This document shows, in pieces, positions 51,704 through 64,000 of a stretch of 64,000 nucleotides of DNA (position 1 is the stretch's first letter; each line of letters starts with the position of its first letter). The stretch covers positions 5,664,001 to 5,728,000 of the forward strand of contig OZ250169.1 of assembly GCA_965237955.1 (NCBI GenBank), written 5' to 3'. The DNA comes from Candidatus Marinacidobacterales bacterium (GTDB taxonomy: Bacteria; Acidobacteriota; Vicinamibacteria; Marinacidobacterales; SMYC01). A program made the translations under genes and the position numbers. A model generated the notes under the pieces. It worked only from the letters and a program-made list of their open reading frames with translations, was not told the DNA's origin and searched no databases.

Positions 51704-52614
51704 TGTCGTTCGTCGACGAGAACCGTGAGAGTTACGGGGTCGAGCCGATCTGCCGGACGCTCCCGATCGCCCCGTCGACATATTACGAGCAGAAAGCGCG
51801 AGAGAAGGACCCAAGCCGCCTGCCAGCGAGAGCGAAGCGCGACGTTCAGCTCCGCGGCGAGATTCGTCGTGTACGGCAAGAGAACTTTGACGTGTATGGC
51901 GTGCGCAAGGTGTGGCAACAGCTGTGTCGAGAGGGCAGCCAAGTGGCCCGGTGCACCGTGGCCCGTCTGATGCGTGAAATGGGGCTTCAGGGCGCGGTCC
52001 GTGGACGTCGATTCAAGACGACGAAGCCGGATTCGAGCGGCGCTCGCCCGATGGACCTCGTGGAGCGCGACTTCAACGCCACACGCCCGAACGAGCTCTG
52101 GGTTTCGGACCTGACCTACATCGCCACGTGGCGCGGCTTCGTGTATGTCGCCTTCGTCATCGACGTCTTCGCTCGACTCAGCGTCGGTTGGCGAGCGACG
52201 ACATCGTTGACTGCCGGCATCGCTCTCGATGCGTTGGAGCAGGCGCTGCACGAGCGCCGACTAAACCCAGAAGATCAATTGGTGCATCACAGCGATCGCG
52301 GCGTGCAGTACGTCTCGATCCGTTACACCGAGCGGCTCGCCGAGGCGGGCATTGAGCCGTCCGTCGGCAGCCGAGGCGACTCTTACGATAACGCTTTGGC
52401 TGAATCCATCATCGGCCTCTACAAGACCGAGGTGATCCGTCGACGTGGGCCCTGGCGTGGTCTCGAAGACGTTGAGTTCGCCACCCTCGAGTGGGTCCAT
52501 TGGTACAACACGCAACGACTCTTGGAGCCGATCGGAAATGTCTCCCCCGTCGAGTACGAGATGAACTACTATCGGTCGCAGGAAGGCTCGCTAGAGATGG
52601 CGAGACTCAACTAA
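51700..52614 (+). CDS. IS3 type B OrfB
   Basis: Near-identical to 31555-32469. Confidence 0.93.
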   Translation: MMSFVDENRESYGVEPICRTLPIAPSTYYEQKAREKDPSRLPARAKRDVQLRGEIRRVRQENFDVYGVRKVWQQLCREGSQVARCTVARLMREMGLQGAVRGRRFKTTKPDSSGARPMDLVERDFNATRPNELWVSDLTYIATWRGFVYVAFVIDVFARLSVGWRATTSLTAGIALDALEQALHERRLNPEDQLVHHSDRGVQYVSIRYTERLAEAGIEPSVGSRGDSYDNALAESIIGLYKTEVIRRRGPWRGLEDVEFATLEWVHWYNTQRLLEPIGNVSPVEYEMNYYRSQEGSLEMARLN

Positions 52615-52761
52615 AACAGTCTCCGGAAAACCCGGGGCGGTTCACTCCTTGGCATGGTGGCTCCTTGTCCCCCTCTGGAGACGGTTGGTTTGGCAGACCT
52701 ATTCTTAGGCCGGCCAAGGAGCCGCCGCTACCCCAAATTCAACATCCGGCGGGACATCCCC

Positions 52762-52951
52762 AGAACAGGCTCGGCTGGATTTCTGCCTCGTTGCATACCT
52801 CCAAGATCGGCTTTTTCTCGGCAACGTGCTGGCGCAACAGCTCTGCCTTTTGCTCCGCAGTGTGACGACGACGACCTTTGCTCATGACAGCTCCTTTTTC
52901 CATGTGCGTATTTTAACTTCAGGACTGTCATGTTCCAGCTGAACCGAAACA
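52762..52951 (-). mobile_element. Left end and truncated orfA of IS3 type C (displaced by inversion)
   Basis: IR TGTTTCGGTTCAGCTGGAACATGACAG; MSKGRRRHTAEQKAELLRQH... from ATG 52885 is cut by IS256 at 52762. Confidence 0.85.
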
Positions 52952-53364
52952 CGACCCCGTAGCTCTCGCGGTTCTTATCGACGAACGACACCATCACCTC
53001 GGTCGGCGGTCGAGCTCCGCCTGGGCGAAAAACGCCGATGCCTTGCGTAGGATCTCGTTCGCTCGCTTAAGCTCGCGAACTTCCCGCTCGAGCGCCTTGA
53101 GTCGCGTGCGCTCGTCCGTCGTCAGCCCCACGCGTTTGCCTGTGTCACGTTCTGCTTGACGCACCCACTTGCGCAGCGTCTCCGACGTGCACCCAATCTT
53201 CGACGCGACCGAGACGATCGCCGCCCACTGAGATTCGTGCTGATGCTGCTGGTCCAAGACCATCCGCACCGCGCGCTCTTTCACCTCCGGTGAATACCTG
53301 CTTCGTCTTGCCATGACTCCATCCTCTCAAGAGTTGGAGTCTCCGGAAAACCCGGGGCGGTTCA
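52952..53364 (-). mobile_element. Left half of IS3 type B copy 3 (left IR, orfA 52994-53314, orfB start)
   Basis: orfB begins MVSFVDKNRESYGV and resumes as [10 protein letters not shown] after 59238; GTCG is duplicated. Confidence 0.9.
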
Positions 53365-53738
53365 GAGAGTCGATCCCCGCGAAGGGACTGTCTCTTCACA
53401 CCATCCATCCCCCCGACACAGACACTCCTCCACCGCCCTGCCCTGTTTGCTCGAGTTCTGCTACCCTCGCCAGGACTCAGACTGCACTGTCCCATCCCAG
53501 TGGGGAAATTTCGTGCGGACCGGGGCCGGACACGTATAAATTCTTCTATCCATTTACGCTCCTCTTGTTTATTGTGTTCTTCCGAATGACAATAATTGAG
53601 CTCCGCCCGGCAGCTGGAGTACAAAGCGGCGCTCAAGGGAGGCTCTGGCTCCAGCATACGCTGGAGCGAAACCATCCTCTGCGAAGCAGGGACCTGGGCC
53701 TGATCAGATTTCATCAGCTTTTGGAGAGCGGGACTTAG

Positions 53739-54883
53739 ATGACTTCTCGAAGCATCGTCTCTCCGGAAGACCAAAAGCGCCACCTTCATCGAGCTCTTCT
53801 TCGACCTCGTCTTCGTCTTTTCGGTCACCCAGGTCGTTGGGCTCTTCCACCACGGCGTTCACGGCTACGTCGTCGGTCAAGCGATCCTCGTGTTCTGGCT
53901 CGTGTGGTGGGCGTGGAGCCAGTTTACGTGGGCCCTGAACGCGGCGGACACGACGCACACGCTCGTGGAGCTTGGAACCTTGCTGGCCACGGCGGTAGCG
54001 TTTTTCATGGCGGTCGCGGTCCCGAACGCCTTTCACGAGTCCGCTGCTCTCTTTGCCGTGACCTATGTGCTCGTTCGCGTCATCGGGCTCGCACTCTACG
54101 CCTGGGTCGCTTCAGCCGACCCCTCCCAGCACGCGGCCGTTCGCGTTTTCGCCGCGGTTTCGCTCGGGGGCCTCGTCGCGGTTGACGGGCGGCATTTTCG
54201 GCGGCGCGGCGCAATATTGGCTCTGGGGGCTCGCGATCGTTCTCGACATCGTCGCTGCCGCGATTGGTGGTCAGCTGGAGGGCTGGAACCTCCACCCCGA
54301 GCACTTTGGCGAGCGCCACGGGCTGTTCGTCATCATCGCCCTCGGGGAGACGCTCATCGTCGCCGCGGGCGGAATGAGGGGAGCGCTCTGGACGGACGAT
54401 CTCGTCAGCGTCGGGGTTCTCGTCGTCGGCATCGCCTGCGCCTTCTGGTGGAGCTACTTCACGCGCGCCAAGCCAACGCTCGACCGCGCGTTGGAATCGA
54501 GCTGTGACGCCGATCGCGCGAGCATGGCGAGAGATGTCTACAGCTTTCTGCATTTCCCCATGCTGTGCGGCGTCATCGCTTTCGCTGTCACCGCGGAGGA
54601 AGCCATCGCTCATCCCGGAGAGCCGCTTACGGTTTCAGGTAGGATTGCACTCGCGCTCGTCCTGATCCTCTTTGTCGGCGGGATGGCCTTCGCCGTCTTG
54701 CGCGCAACGGGGCGACTTCCGCTACCTCGCCTGCTGATCTCCGCGGGCGCGGCGGTCGCGATCGTGGCGATGACCGGCTTCGTCGCCCCGGTGAGCCTGG
54801 CCATCGCTTTTCTCGGCGTGGTCTGCGTCGCGATCTGGGAACACAGGCAGCAACATCAACCGTCGTCGACGATGGCTTCGTAG
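53739..54883 (+). pseudogene. ltrA: Low temperature requirement protein A, two frameshifts
   Basis: ATFIELFFDLVFV, WWAWSQFTW and HFGERHGLFVIIALGE are not in one frame; shifts near 53775 and 54185. Confidence 0.88.
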
Positions 54884-55090
54884 ACGAGCTTTCGGTGTCG
54901 GACCACGGCACCGACGACCCCAGCAATATCCCCGTCGTCGATGTGCTTCTGAAGCCCGCGCGTCACGAGCTCGAGGCGCTCGGACGAAAGCCCAACCGAC
55001 TCGGGCGGCGCCTCCGGAAGTCGCTGGGCGTCGGCCCGCACCGCCCATGCCATGAGCATGAACATCGGCAAAAATCGTCCAAGCGACATT
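54870..55090 (-). pseudogene. N-terminal fragment of a serine hydrolase/beta-lactamase-family protein
   Basis: Signal peptide, PESVGLSSERL...IAGVVGAVVRHRKLVYEA, then an abrupt end. Confidence 0.7.
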
Positions 55091-55327
55091 CCATCACCTC
55101 CGTTGCTCCAATGTATCGTCACGTTGTAAAAGATGCAGCGCAACGCAGAGACCAAGGGAGATGATGATGCTCGAGAACAGTGTTCCGCTTCAGCGGAAAT
55201 GAGACTTTCTGCAAGTGACGGGTTCTCTCCCCTGCCTGGGTGAACTGCCATGGTATCGCCACCGGGAGGATAGGGCACTGCTGGGAAGCAACCCGAGCGC
55301 CCGGTGGCCGGAATACGGTTGGCATTA

Positions 55328-56374
55328 TTACGCACTGTGTTCATGCTCCCGGGCTCCGGTATGAGCCAAACCGGATCCGCTCAAAGCGGAAAATCCCGGG
55401 GGTTCGGGGGCAGAGCCCCCGTTCGCTATGTGACAACTGGATTCTCCGAGCCGTTTGAGGTTTTCTTCGCGGCGATGCTTGCGTGCGTTCTCGAGTTTGT
55501 CGAGACGTACCTGCTTGCGCTCTTCGTGACGGAGGAGAAACCGGTCTTCGGGCGTGAGGTATTCGATTCCTGCGTGGAGCCTCTTTGCGTTGTAAATCTC
55601 TATCCATTCTCCGATGATGTCTTTCGCGTGAAGCTGATTGCGAAGCTCCTTGTCGGAGAGGCCCTCCTCGCGCAACGTGCGATGAAATCGCTCGATTGCA
55701 CCGTTGGACTGCGGATGATGAATGCGAATACGAATCTGCTTCAATGAGAAGTGCTTGATGAGTTTGCGGAAGTCCTTGCTGGTAAATTGGCTGCCGTTGT
55801 CGTTGACAATCTGGGGCCGTTCTCCAGGGTAGCGCTCCAGTGCTGCATGGACCACATCCGTCACTTCGGCGGCGGTCATGCGCGACAGCAGTTCCCAGTA
55901 CACGATGTAGCGCGAGAAGCCGTCCAGCACTCCGATGAAGAAATACCACCGTCCCGCGATCCACAGGTACATCAAGTCCGTATGCCAGCGTTCGTGGGGG
56001 CGTTTCGGAAGTTCGGGCTTGCGGCCTACGGACGGTGTGGCATTCCACCTTGCGAGCAAATCGTTCCGGTCCAGAATGCGGTACACGCTGCTCGGGCTCA
56101 GGCAAACGACATCCTCGTCCACCATCATCCAGCACAGCCGCCGGTAGCCGTCCCGTGGGTGTGCTAAAGCATAGACCGTCACCGCCTCCTCCTCTTCGGC
56201 AAGCACCTGGTCCAAGTCTGGTGCCTTGGGCTTGATGTCCTCCAGCGCTCCCTCCTTGCGCCTCTTTTGCCAGCGGTAGTACAGCGAGCGAGAGAGCCCG
56301 AGCTTCGAGACAACCCATTCCAGCTTCACCCGGCTTCTCTCCATCGTCTGCTCGATACAATCCAAAATCCTCAA
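55328..56374 (-). CDS. IS3 type D OrfB
   Basis: GYRRL, WHTDLMY, LDGFSRY, NDNGSQF, QSNGAIERFHRTL. Confidence 0.92.
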   Translation of the reverse strand: MRILDCIEQTMERSRVKLEWVVSKLGLSRSLYYRWQKRRKEGALEDIKPKAPDLDQVLAEEEEAVTVYALAHPRDGYRRLCWMMVDEDVVCLSPSSVYRILDRNDLLARWNATPSVGRKPELPKRPHERWHTDLMYLWIAGRWYFFIGVLDGFSRYIVYWELLSRMTAAEVTDVVHAALERYPGERPQIVNDNGSQFTSKDFRKLIKHFSLKQIRIRIHHPQSNGAIERFHRTLREEGLSDKELRNQLHAKDIIGEWIEIYNAKRLHAGIEYLTPEDRFLLRHEERKQVRLDKLENARKHRREENLKRLGESSCHIANGGSAPEPPGFSALSGSGLAHTGAREHEHSA

Positions 56375-56406
56375 CTTCTCGTGCGGCTCGAAACGACACC
56401 GGTCGA

Positions 56407-56700
56407 CTAGCTTCCAAGCGTTTTTTTTAGGTCCAGATTCTCCATGGTGATCTCTACCACCACCGATTTCATCCTCTCAAGCTCTTGACGCAGCTTCTCC
56501 TCGCGGCGAGACGCCTTCTCCTTCTTGCCATTCTGAAATGATTCCAGTGTCGCCTCCTCCGATTGTTTCAGCCACTGATAGTACTGCCCTGTATTCAATG
56601 CGTGGCGCCGACACACCTCGGACACCGTCGCACCACTCTCCTGGCACTCCTTGAGTATCTGCAGCTTCTCCTTCGCTGACCAACGTTTCCTGCCGTCCAT
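56407..56700 (-). CDS. IS3 type D OrfA
   Basis: RKRWSAKEKLQIL...VSEVCRRH; an A7 run (CTAAAAAAAC on the minus strand) near its end is a plausible -1 frameshift site. Confidence 0.88.
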   Translation of the reverse strand: MDGRKRWSAKEKLQILKECQESGATVSEVCRRHALNTGQYYQWLKQSEEATLESFQNGKKEKASRREEKLRQELERMKSVVVEITMENLDLKKTLGS

Positions 56701-56792
56701 CTCTGCCTTCTCCCTTCGTTGAGTATAAGACAGAGGCGAAAACCGTCACTTACTACGACCCCCAAAAGTCTCATTTTGGCTGAACCAATACA

Positions 56793-57010
56793 AACAGGTT
56801 CCAGTTCGTCGCAGGAATGATTCTGCTCTTGTCGCTTTCGCCGGGCGGCTCCATCTCGGTGACTACGAACCGTTCACGGCATTTCGGGCAACGCGCATTG
56901 CGGCCAACGACCGATGGCTTCACGCGAAGAACGACGCCGCAATGAGGGCAACTGGATTTGGTCGTGCCGCCTTTTGCCTGATCGCTATCAGGTGTTTCAG
57001 TAGACATCAC
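56793..57010 (-). pseudogene. Small zinc-ribbon (CPHC...CPKC) membrane protein split by IS3
   Basis: Reading across the AACAG TSD continues as LFSSIIISLGLCVALHLL... below 55175. Confidence 0.6.
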
Positions 57011-57071
57011 GTAGAGCACGGGTCTTCTCACAGGCTCGCAGCGCGGAAGTTACTTGACGGCACCTGGGACG

Positions 57072-57634
57072 TCAATATTCCCAAAGTTCTTTGCCGTCGG
57101 TGTGCGTGCTCTTCAGGGCATCGAGGTCACAAACCGGATCGAACACCGCGTTGTATCCGGCTTCCTGGTTGTAGGAGAACTCAATGCTATGGCCGCTTGG
57201 ATCAGTAACGTAGGCACAATAGCCGCCGGGCCAGCCTTCCCCACACGGACCATTCTCAAGAATTCCTTCTTCTTTCGCCATTTCGGCGGTTCGCTTGACC
57301 TCGCTGCAACTGCGGCAGGTGAATCCAATGTGGGCGGAAGCCACAATCGGGTGCGCGAGTTTGGCATTGTGGTAGTCGGTGGGGCCGTCGCGATTCGAGT
57401 CCGTAATGTCTACCGGGTCCGAATCCAGTAAGGCAATTTGGAACGGCCGGATGCCGTCGGCCAATCAGACGTTGACCGGATCTTCGCGGCGTTTGACCAC
57501 CTTCACCTGACAATACTTCTCGTAAAACGCGACACTTTTTCTCGACGTCGAGCACGGGAATTGCCAGATGCGAAAGGAACCCTCTTGTTGCTCACACCCG
57601 ATACGTCAAATTCGCCACGAGCTAGATCAGTCAT
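57072..57634 (-). pseudogene. VOC/glyoxalase-family protein, decayed
   Basis: RBS AAGGAG; SHLAIPVLDVEK / SVAFYEKY across a frameshift, internal TGA, then AHIGF...YVTDPSGHSIEFS. Confidence 0.75.
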
Positions 57635-57670
57635 GTTGTTCTCCTTTCAAAGGATGTTCTCGCTGATTTA

Positions 57671-58222
57671 GGGGATGTCCCGCCGGATGTTGAATTTGGG
57701 GTAGCGGCGGCTCCTTGGCCGGCCTAAGAATAGGTCTGCCAAACCAACCGTCTCCAGAGGGGGACAAGGAGCCACCATGCCAAGGAAATCAAAGAAGCCA
57801 GTAAGAAAGCAAACGCACTCGTCTACGGGCAAGGTAGTTGGCCAAGTCGGTCAGATACTGCTACCGATGATAGCTGGGATCGCGGGGCCACGAAGGCGGA
57901 CCTGACGGAATGGGTGTACGAGCAAGGACTGACCGCATTGCACCTACTCCTGAGAGAGGACGCGGAGAAGATCGCGGGGCCGAAGGGCAAGCACGAGAAG
58001 GAGCGAACTCATAACCACTGGGGGAGCACGGATGGGGAGCTGAGCTTCGGCGGTCGTCGAATCCAAGTGTCGCGACCTCGAGTTCGTTCGAAGTCGGGCG
58101 AGGAGGCGTCGCTTCCACACTTCGAAGCCTTCCGCGAAGAAGACCCGCTTCCGGAGCGAGTGCTGAACCAGATCTTGGTGGGGGTATCGACCCGAAATTA
58201 CGAATCGAGTCTGGACAAACCT
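57671..58222 (+). mobile_element. IS256 copy 2, 3'-truncated and frameshifted
   Basis: Reverse-complement match to copy 1 up to ...CTGGACAAACC; extra GG near 57885. Confidence 0.9.
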
Positions 58223-60144
<1,922 letters not shown>

Positions 60145-60331
60145 CCGATGCCGGCAGGTCGATGGAAGTGTGCGCCGGGAACCGCCAAGCCGCAAAGTGC
60201 AACAGTCTGGCCCGCGTGTTAGAATCTCTACCAGTCGATCCAGAGCCAATCCGTTGGATGGCTTGGCGTTGGATGGCTTGGCGAATGATCAACGCGGACG
60301 GTGTGCATCTCGAATCCGCATGGGCCCCTCG

Positions 60332-62650
60332 ATGAAGTTCTCTGCGTTCCCGTCGTTCGCAAGAAAGGTCGGGGCTTCGTTAACTCTCGTCCTGACGGCA
60401 GCGATTGCCGCAACCCTGGCAGCGCGTGCTCACGCAGAAGTGAGCTATAACCGTGACGTTCTACCACTCCTGACCGCAAAGTGTTTCGCTTGTCACGGAG
60501 CAGACCAGGCGAGACGCAAGGCCCACTTGAGATTGGACGTGCGCGACTCGGCGCTGGCCGACCGCGATGGCGTGCGAGCCATTGCGCCAGGCAGGCCGGC
60601 ACAAAGCGAGTTAGTCCGCAGAATCTTCTCGACGGACGCGGACGAAGCGATGCCGCCGTTGGATGAAGGCGAGCCGCTCACGGAAGAGGAGAAACAGATC
60701 CTCAAACAGTGGATCGCCGAAGGCGCTGTCTATGGGAAGCACTGGGCGTTTCAAATGCCAAAGAAGAGGCCCGTACCGGACGTGGGTGATGGGGGAGACA
60801 ATGAGATTGACCGTTTCATCTACGCGCGTCTGGTGGAAGCCAATCTAACGCCGCAACGGCCGGCGACACGTGAGCAACTGATTCGCCGGGTAACCCTCGA
60901 TTTGACCGGGCTGCCGCCCACACTCGAGGAAGTTGACGCCTTCCTGGCGGACGATTCCCCCGATGCCTACGAGCGCGTGGTGGATCGCCTGCTGGCGTCA
61001 CCCCGGTTCGGAGAACGCATGGCGGCGTGGTGGCTCGACGGCGCCCGCTATGGGGACAGCCACGGCTATGACAACGATTTGGAGAACAGCCAGTGGCCGT
61101 GGCGAAACTGGGTTATCGAAGCGTTCAACAACAACAAGCCGTTCGATCAATTCACCGTAGAGCAACTCGCCGGCGATCTGCTTCCCGATGCCACCGAGGA
61201 CCAAGTGCTGGCGACCGGCTTCAACCGAAACCACCGCATCCAAACCGAAGATGGGGCCATCGACGAGGAGTGGCGGACGGAGTACGTGATTGACCGAGTG
61301 GAAACGATGGGCACCGTTTGGATGGGGCTGACACTCAGTTGCGCGCGGTGTCACGACCACAAGTACGACCCCATCAGCCAGAAAGAGTTCTATCAACTCT
61401 TTGCCCTGTTTAACAATTTGGACGAGAAGGGCTTTATCAACGACCTGCGAGGGAGCGCCGAACCACGCGTCCGCTATCAGGCCCAACGGTTCGAGCGGGC
61501 AGCGGCTGCCATCAAGCAACGTCTGAAAGAAAAAGGCGCGCAAGACAAGGCGCTGGCCGAACTGGATTCTCGTCACCCAATGGTGATGGTGATGCGCGAG
61601 ATGGAGAAGCCCCGACAGGCGTACGTCCTTGTGCGGGGACAATACGACGCTCGCGGGGAGGAGGTAACGCCGGGATTGCCCGTGGCCTTGCCGCAGTTGG
61701 CCGAGGATGAACAAATGACTCGCCTTTCCTTTGCGCGTTGGCTCGTCAACGAGCGTCATCCGTTGACCGCGAGGGTAATGGTCAACCGACTTTGGGAACA
61801 ACTCTTTGGGATCGGCATTGTCGAAAGCTCAGAGAATCTGGGCGTGCAAGCAGATTGGCCCAGCCATCCGGAGTTGCTGGATTGGCTGGCCGTGGACTTC
61901 GTGGAGAGCGGCTGGGATGTGAAACGGCTGATGAAGAAGATCGTCACGAGCGCGACCTACCGGCAAAGCCATGTTGTGGACGAACACCGACTGCTTCGCG
62001 ACCCGAAGAACCGCCTCTTAAGCCGCGGCCCGCGCGTGCGGCTTCCCGCCGAGATGGTTCGCGATCAGGCGTTGGCGTTATCGGGGCTTCTGTATGAACA
62101 ATTCGGCGGGCCGAGTGTGCGGCCATACCAGCCGGCCGGCCTCTGGGAAGAAGTGGAGAAGCGAGGGGAGTACGAGCAAAGCCATGGCAAGGACCTCTAC
62201 CGCCGCAGCCTCTACACGGCAATTCGGCGAACCGTCGTGACACCGCAGATGGCGCTGTTCGATCTGCCCAGCCGCGAGGTCTGCACAGTGCGGCGAGCGC
62301 GAACGAACACGCCGCTTCAGGCGTTGGCCTTGATGAACGACGTGACGTATGTCGAGACCTCCAAGAAGTTCGCTGAGCGGATGACGGCGCGCGGGGCGAC
62401 GCCGGCGGAGAGAATCGCTTGGGGATTTCGCCGCGCGACGCTAAGGCGGGCGAAGCACGTGGAACTGGGCGTGCTGCTCGCCGGCTACCAGAGGCGGTTG
62501 GCCATCTATCGCATGAACCCCGACCGCGCTTCGGCGCTCTTGAAGCAGGGCGAGTCTCAGGTTGCCGGTGACCATGACAAAGCAGATCTAGCAGCCATGA
62601 CGACCGTGGCGAGTATCCTCTTGAACCTTGATGAGATCATCAATAAATGA
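60332..62650 (+). CDS. PSD1/planctomycete cytochrome c domain protein (DUF1549/DUF1553)
   Basis: CFACHG, WIAEGA, HWAF, RRVTLDLTGLPP, CARCHDHKYDP, HPLTARVMVNRLW, TNTPLQAL. Confidence 0.93.
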   Translation: MKFSAFPSFARKVGASLTLVLTAAIAATLAARAHAEVSYNRDVLPLLTAKCFACHGADQARRKAHLRLDVRDSALADRDGVRAIAPGRPAQSELVRRIFSTDADEAMPPLDEGEPLTEEEKQILKQWIAEGAVYGKHWAFQMPKKRPVPDVGDGGDNEIDRFIYARLVEANLTPQRPATREQLIRRVTLDLTGLPPTLEEVDAFLADDSPDAYERVVDRLLASPRFGERMAAWWLDGARYGDSHGYDNDLENSQWPWRNWVIEAFNNNKPFDQFTVEQLAGDLLPDATEDQVLATGFNRNHRIQTEDGAIDEEWRTEYVIDRVETMGTVWMGLTLSCARCHDHKYDPISQKEFYQLFALFNNLDEKGFINDLRGSAEPRVRYQAQRFERAAAAIKQRLKEKGAQDKALAELDSRHPMVMVMREMEKPRQAYVLVRGQYDARGEEVTPGLPVALPQLAEDEQMTRLSFARWLVNERHPLTARVMVNRLWEQLFGIGIVESSENLGVQADWPSHPELLDWLAVDFVESGWDVKRLMKKIVTSATYRQSHVVDEHRLLRDPKNRLLSRGPRVRLPAEMVRDQALALSGLLYEQFGGPSVRPYQPAGLWEEVEKRGEYEQSHGKDLYRRSLYTAIRRTVVTPQMALFDLPSREVCTVRRARTNTPLQALALMNDVTYVETSKKFAERMTARGATPAERIAWGFRRATLRRAKHVELGVLLAGYQRRLAIYRMNPDRASALLKQGESQVAGDHDKADLAAMTTVASILLNLDEIINK

Positions 62651-64000
62651 CGACCTCAGCTAACCGCAATCAAAGGGTGATGCTGCAAGAGAGTCACGCA
62701 CTCAACCGACGAACCTTTCTGAGAACCTCGGCGCATGGCTTCGGCGCCGTCGCGTTGGGATCTCTCTTGGCTGGTGAGACGGCCCAAGCTGCTTCCTTGC
62801 TCGGCAAGCCGCATCACGCGCCCAGGGCGAAGCGGGTCATCTATCTGTTCCAATCAGGAGGACCCAGTCAATGCGACCTGTTTGATCCCAAGCCCGAACT
62901 GGAGAAACAACGCGGCAAGGAGTTGCCGTCTTCAGTGCGCGGCGGCCAGCGTATTACAACTATGACTTCCAAGCAGAAGACGCTGCCGGTGACGCCAAGC
63001 CAATACCGCTACCAGCGTCACGGGGAAAGCGGAATTGCGCTCAGCGAGTTGTTGCCGCAGCTCGGGAAGGTCGTCGACGACCTCTGCCTGATCCGGTCGA
63101 TGCACACCGAAGCGATCAACCATGATCCGGCAATCACTTTCTTCCAGGCCGGCTTCCAGCTTGCCGGGCGTCCCAGCATTGGGTCGTGGGTCTCGTACGG
63201 CCTGGGGGCGATCAATGAGAACCTGCCCAGCTACGTCGTGCTCACCTCGCAGGGAGGCTCCGGGTCCCAGCCGCTGTACAGCCGGCTTTGGGCATCCGGT
63301 TTTCTCCCGACGGAGTACTCCGGCGTGAAGTTGCGCAATACGGGCGCGCCAGTTTTCTATCTGTCGAATCCGTCCGGCATCGACAAAGCACTGCGGCGGG
63401 ACATGCTGGATGACCTGGCCAAGTTGAATCGAAGGCAACACGAGGCCGTCGGCGATCCAGAAATCGAAGCGCGTATCGCGCAGTATGAAATGGCCTTTCG
63501 CATGCAGTCGAGCGTGCCCGAGCTGGCCGACATTTCCAACGAGCCTGAGAATGTGCTCAAACTGTACGGCCCTGATGTTTCCAAGCCGGGAACATTCGCC
63601 AGAAACTGCCTCTTGGCCCGGCGGCTGGCCGAGCGCGATGTCCGGTTCATCCAACTTTTTCACATGGGCTGGGACCACCACGGCAAGCTCGCCGAAATGT
63701 TGCCCAAGTTGTGCCGAAGCGCGGATCATCCCACTGCGGGGCTTCTGCTCGATCTGAAACAGCGCGGACTGCTCGACGACACGCTGGTGATTTGGGTGGG
63801 TGAGTTCGGCAGAACGATCTACGCTCAATCGCCAGACAAGAATTACGGACGCGATCACCACCCGCGTTGCTTCACCGCGATGCTCGCCGGGGGCGGCGTG
63901 AAGCAGGGGCACGTCCACGGCGCCACCGATGACTACTGCTACAACATCGCCAGCGATCCCGTACACGTCCACGACCTCAACGCCACCATCCTGCATCTTC
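62647..64000 (+). CDS. DUF1501-domain protein, 3' partial
   Basis: Manual translation: NRRTFL Tat-like motif, AKRVIYLFQSGGPSQ, RSMHTEAINHDPA, GWDHHG, GEFGRT, GRDHHP, VHVHDLNATILH. Confidence 0.92.
   Translation, partial: MTTSANRNQRVMLQESHALNRRTFLRTSAHGFGAVALGSLLAGETAQAASLLGKPHHAPRAKRVIYLFQSGGPSQCDLFDPKPELEKQRGKELPSSVRGGQRITTMTSKQKTLPVTPSQYRYQRHGESGIALSELLPQLGKVVDDLCLIRSMHTEAINHDPAITFFQAGFQLAGRPSIGSWVSYGLGAINENLPSYVVLTSQGGSGSQPLYSRLWASGFLPTEYSGVKLRNTGAPVFYLSNPSGIDKALRRDMLDDLAKLNRRQHEAVGDPEIEARIAQYEMAFRMQSSVPELADISNEPENVLKLYGPDVSKPGTFARNCLLARRLAERDVRFIQLFHMGWDHHGKLAEMLPKLCRSADHPTAGLLLDLKQRGLLDDTLVIWVGEFGRTIYAQSPDKNYGRDHHPRCFTAMLAGGGVKQGHVHGATDDYCYNIASDPVHVHDLNATILHL

Larger units (their letters stand above)
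51333..52644 (+). mobile_element. IS3 type B copy 2 (intact ORFs)
   Basis: TGAACCGCCCCGGG IRs; flanks TTC / CTC give an imperfect 3 bp duplication. Confidence 0.93.
50048..52655 (-). pseudogene. IS256 transposase, start codon separated by IS3 insertion
   Basis: GVSTR, MLDG, VVDGGKG, QRCQLHK, TTNAIENLN. True ATG (MPRKSKK) at 52655 by comparison with 57777. Confidence 0.9.
49990..52761 (-). mobile_element. IS256-family element copy 1, interrupted by IS3
   Basis: IRs GGAGATGTCCCG / GGGGATGTCCCG followed by TGTTGAATTTGG...GTAGCGGCGGC. Confidence 0.9.
55181..56792 (-). mobile_element. IS3-family element type D
   Basis: IRs TGTTCCGCTTCAGCGGAAATGAGACTTT / TGTATTGGTTCAGCCAAAATGAGACTTT; 5 bp TSD AACAG at 55176-55180 and 56793-56797. 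Confidence 0.92.

Noticed and set aside
53365-53738. Unassigned segment with short ORFs on both strands
   Set aside because: No recognisable motif; probably a decayed fragment, so I make no call.
60252-60281. Tandem 15 bp duplication CGTTGGATGGCTTGG
   Set aside because: Only two units in a scrap region beside an IS end; most likely replication slippage.

Overview
GC-rich bacterial chromosome segment; gene content (PSD1/DUF1501 pair, LexA-box style, long TPR protein) suggests Acidobacteriota or a similar phylum, which is inference only. Housekeeping blocks (addAB, TPR protein, exeAB, lexA cassette, F420 genes cofE/npdG, GGDEF and PilZ proteins, HtrA, iron-binding lipoprotein, cyclophilin, tetraheme cytochrome, metG, dipeptidase, PSD1/DUF1501) are separated by three nested insertion-sequence clusters whose order of events can be read from target-site duplications: 8.4-13.5 kb (IS3 inside ISL3 inside an inverted sister ISL3), 29.4-37.6 kb (MITE inside IS3 inside IS3, then IS21 inside IS481) and 50-60 kb (IS256/IS3 cluster with a 4.9 kb inversion between inverted IS256 copies). 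The best candidate for an undescribed system is a transposase-free HNH (DUF222-like) gene bracketed by inverted ~90-105 bp ends that carry a 20 bp palindrome; one end truncates a neighbouring gene. The second candidate is a lexA-DUF3467-degenerate Y-family polymerase cassette. I saw no rRNA, tRNA or CRISPR array. All family assignments come from motifs recognised by eye, not from database searches.
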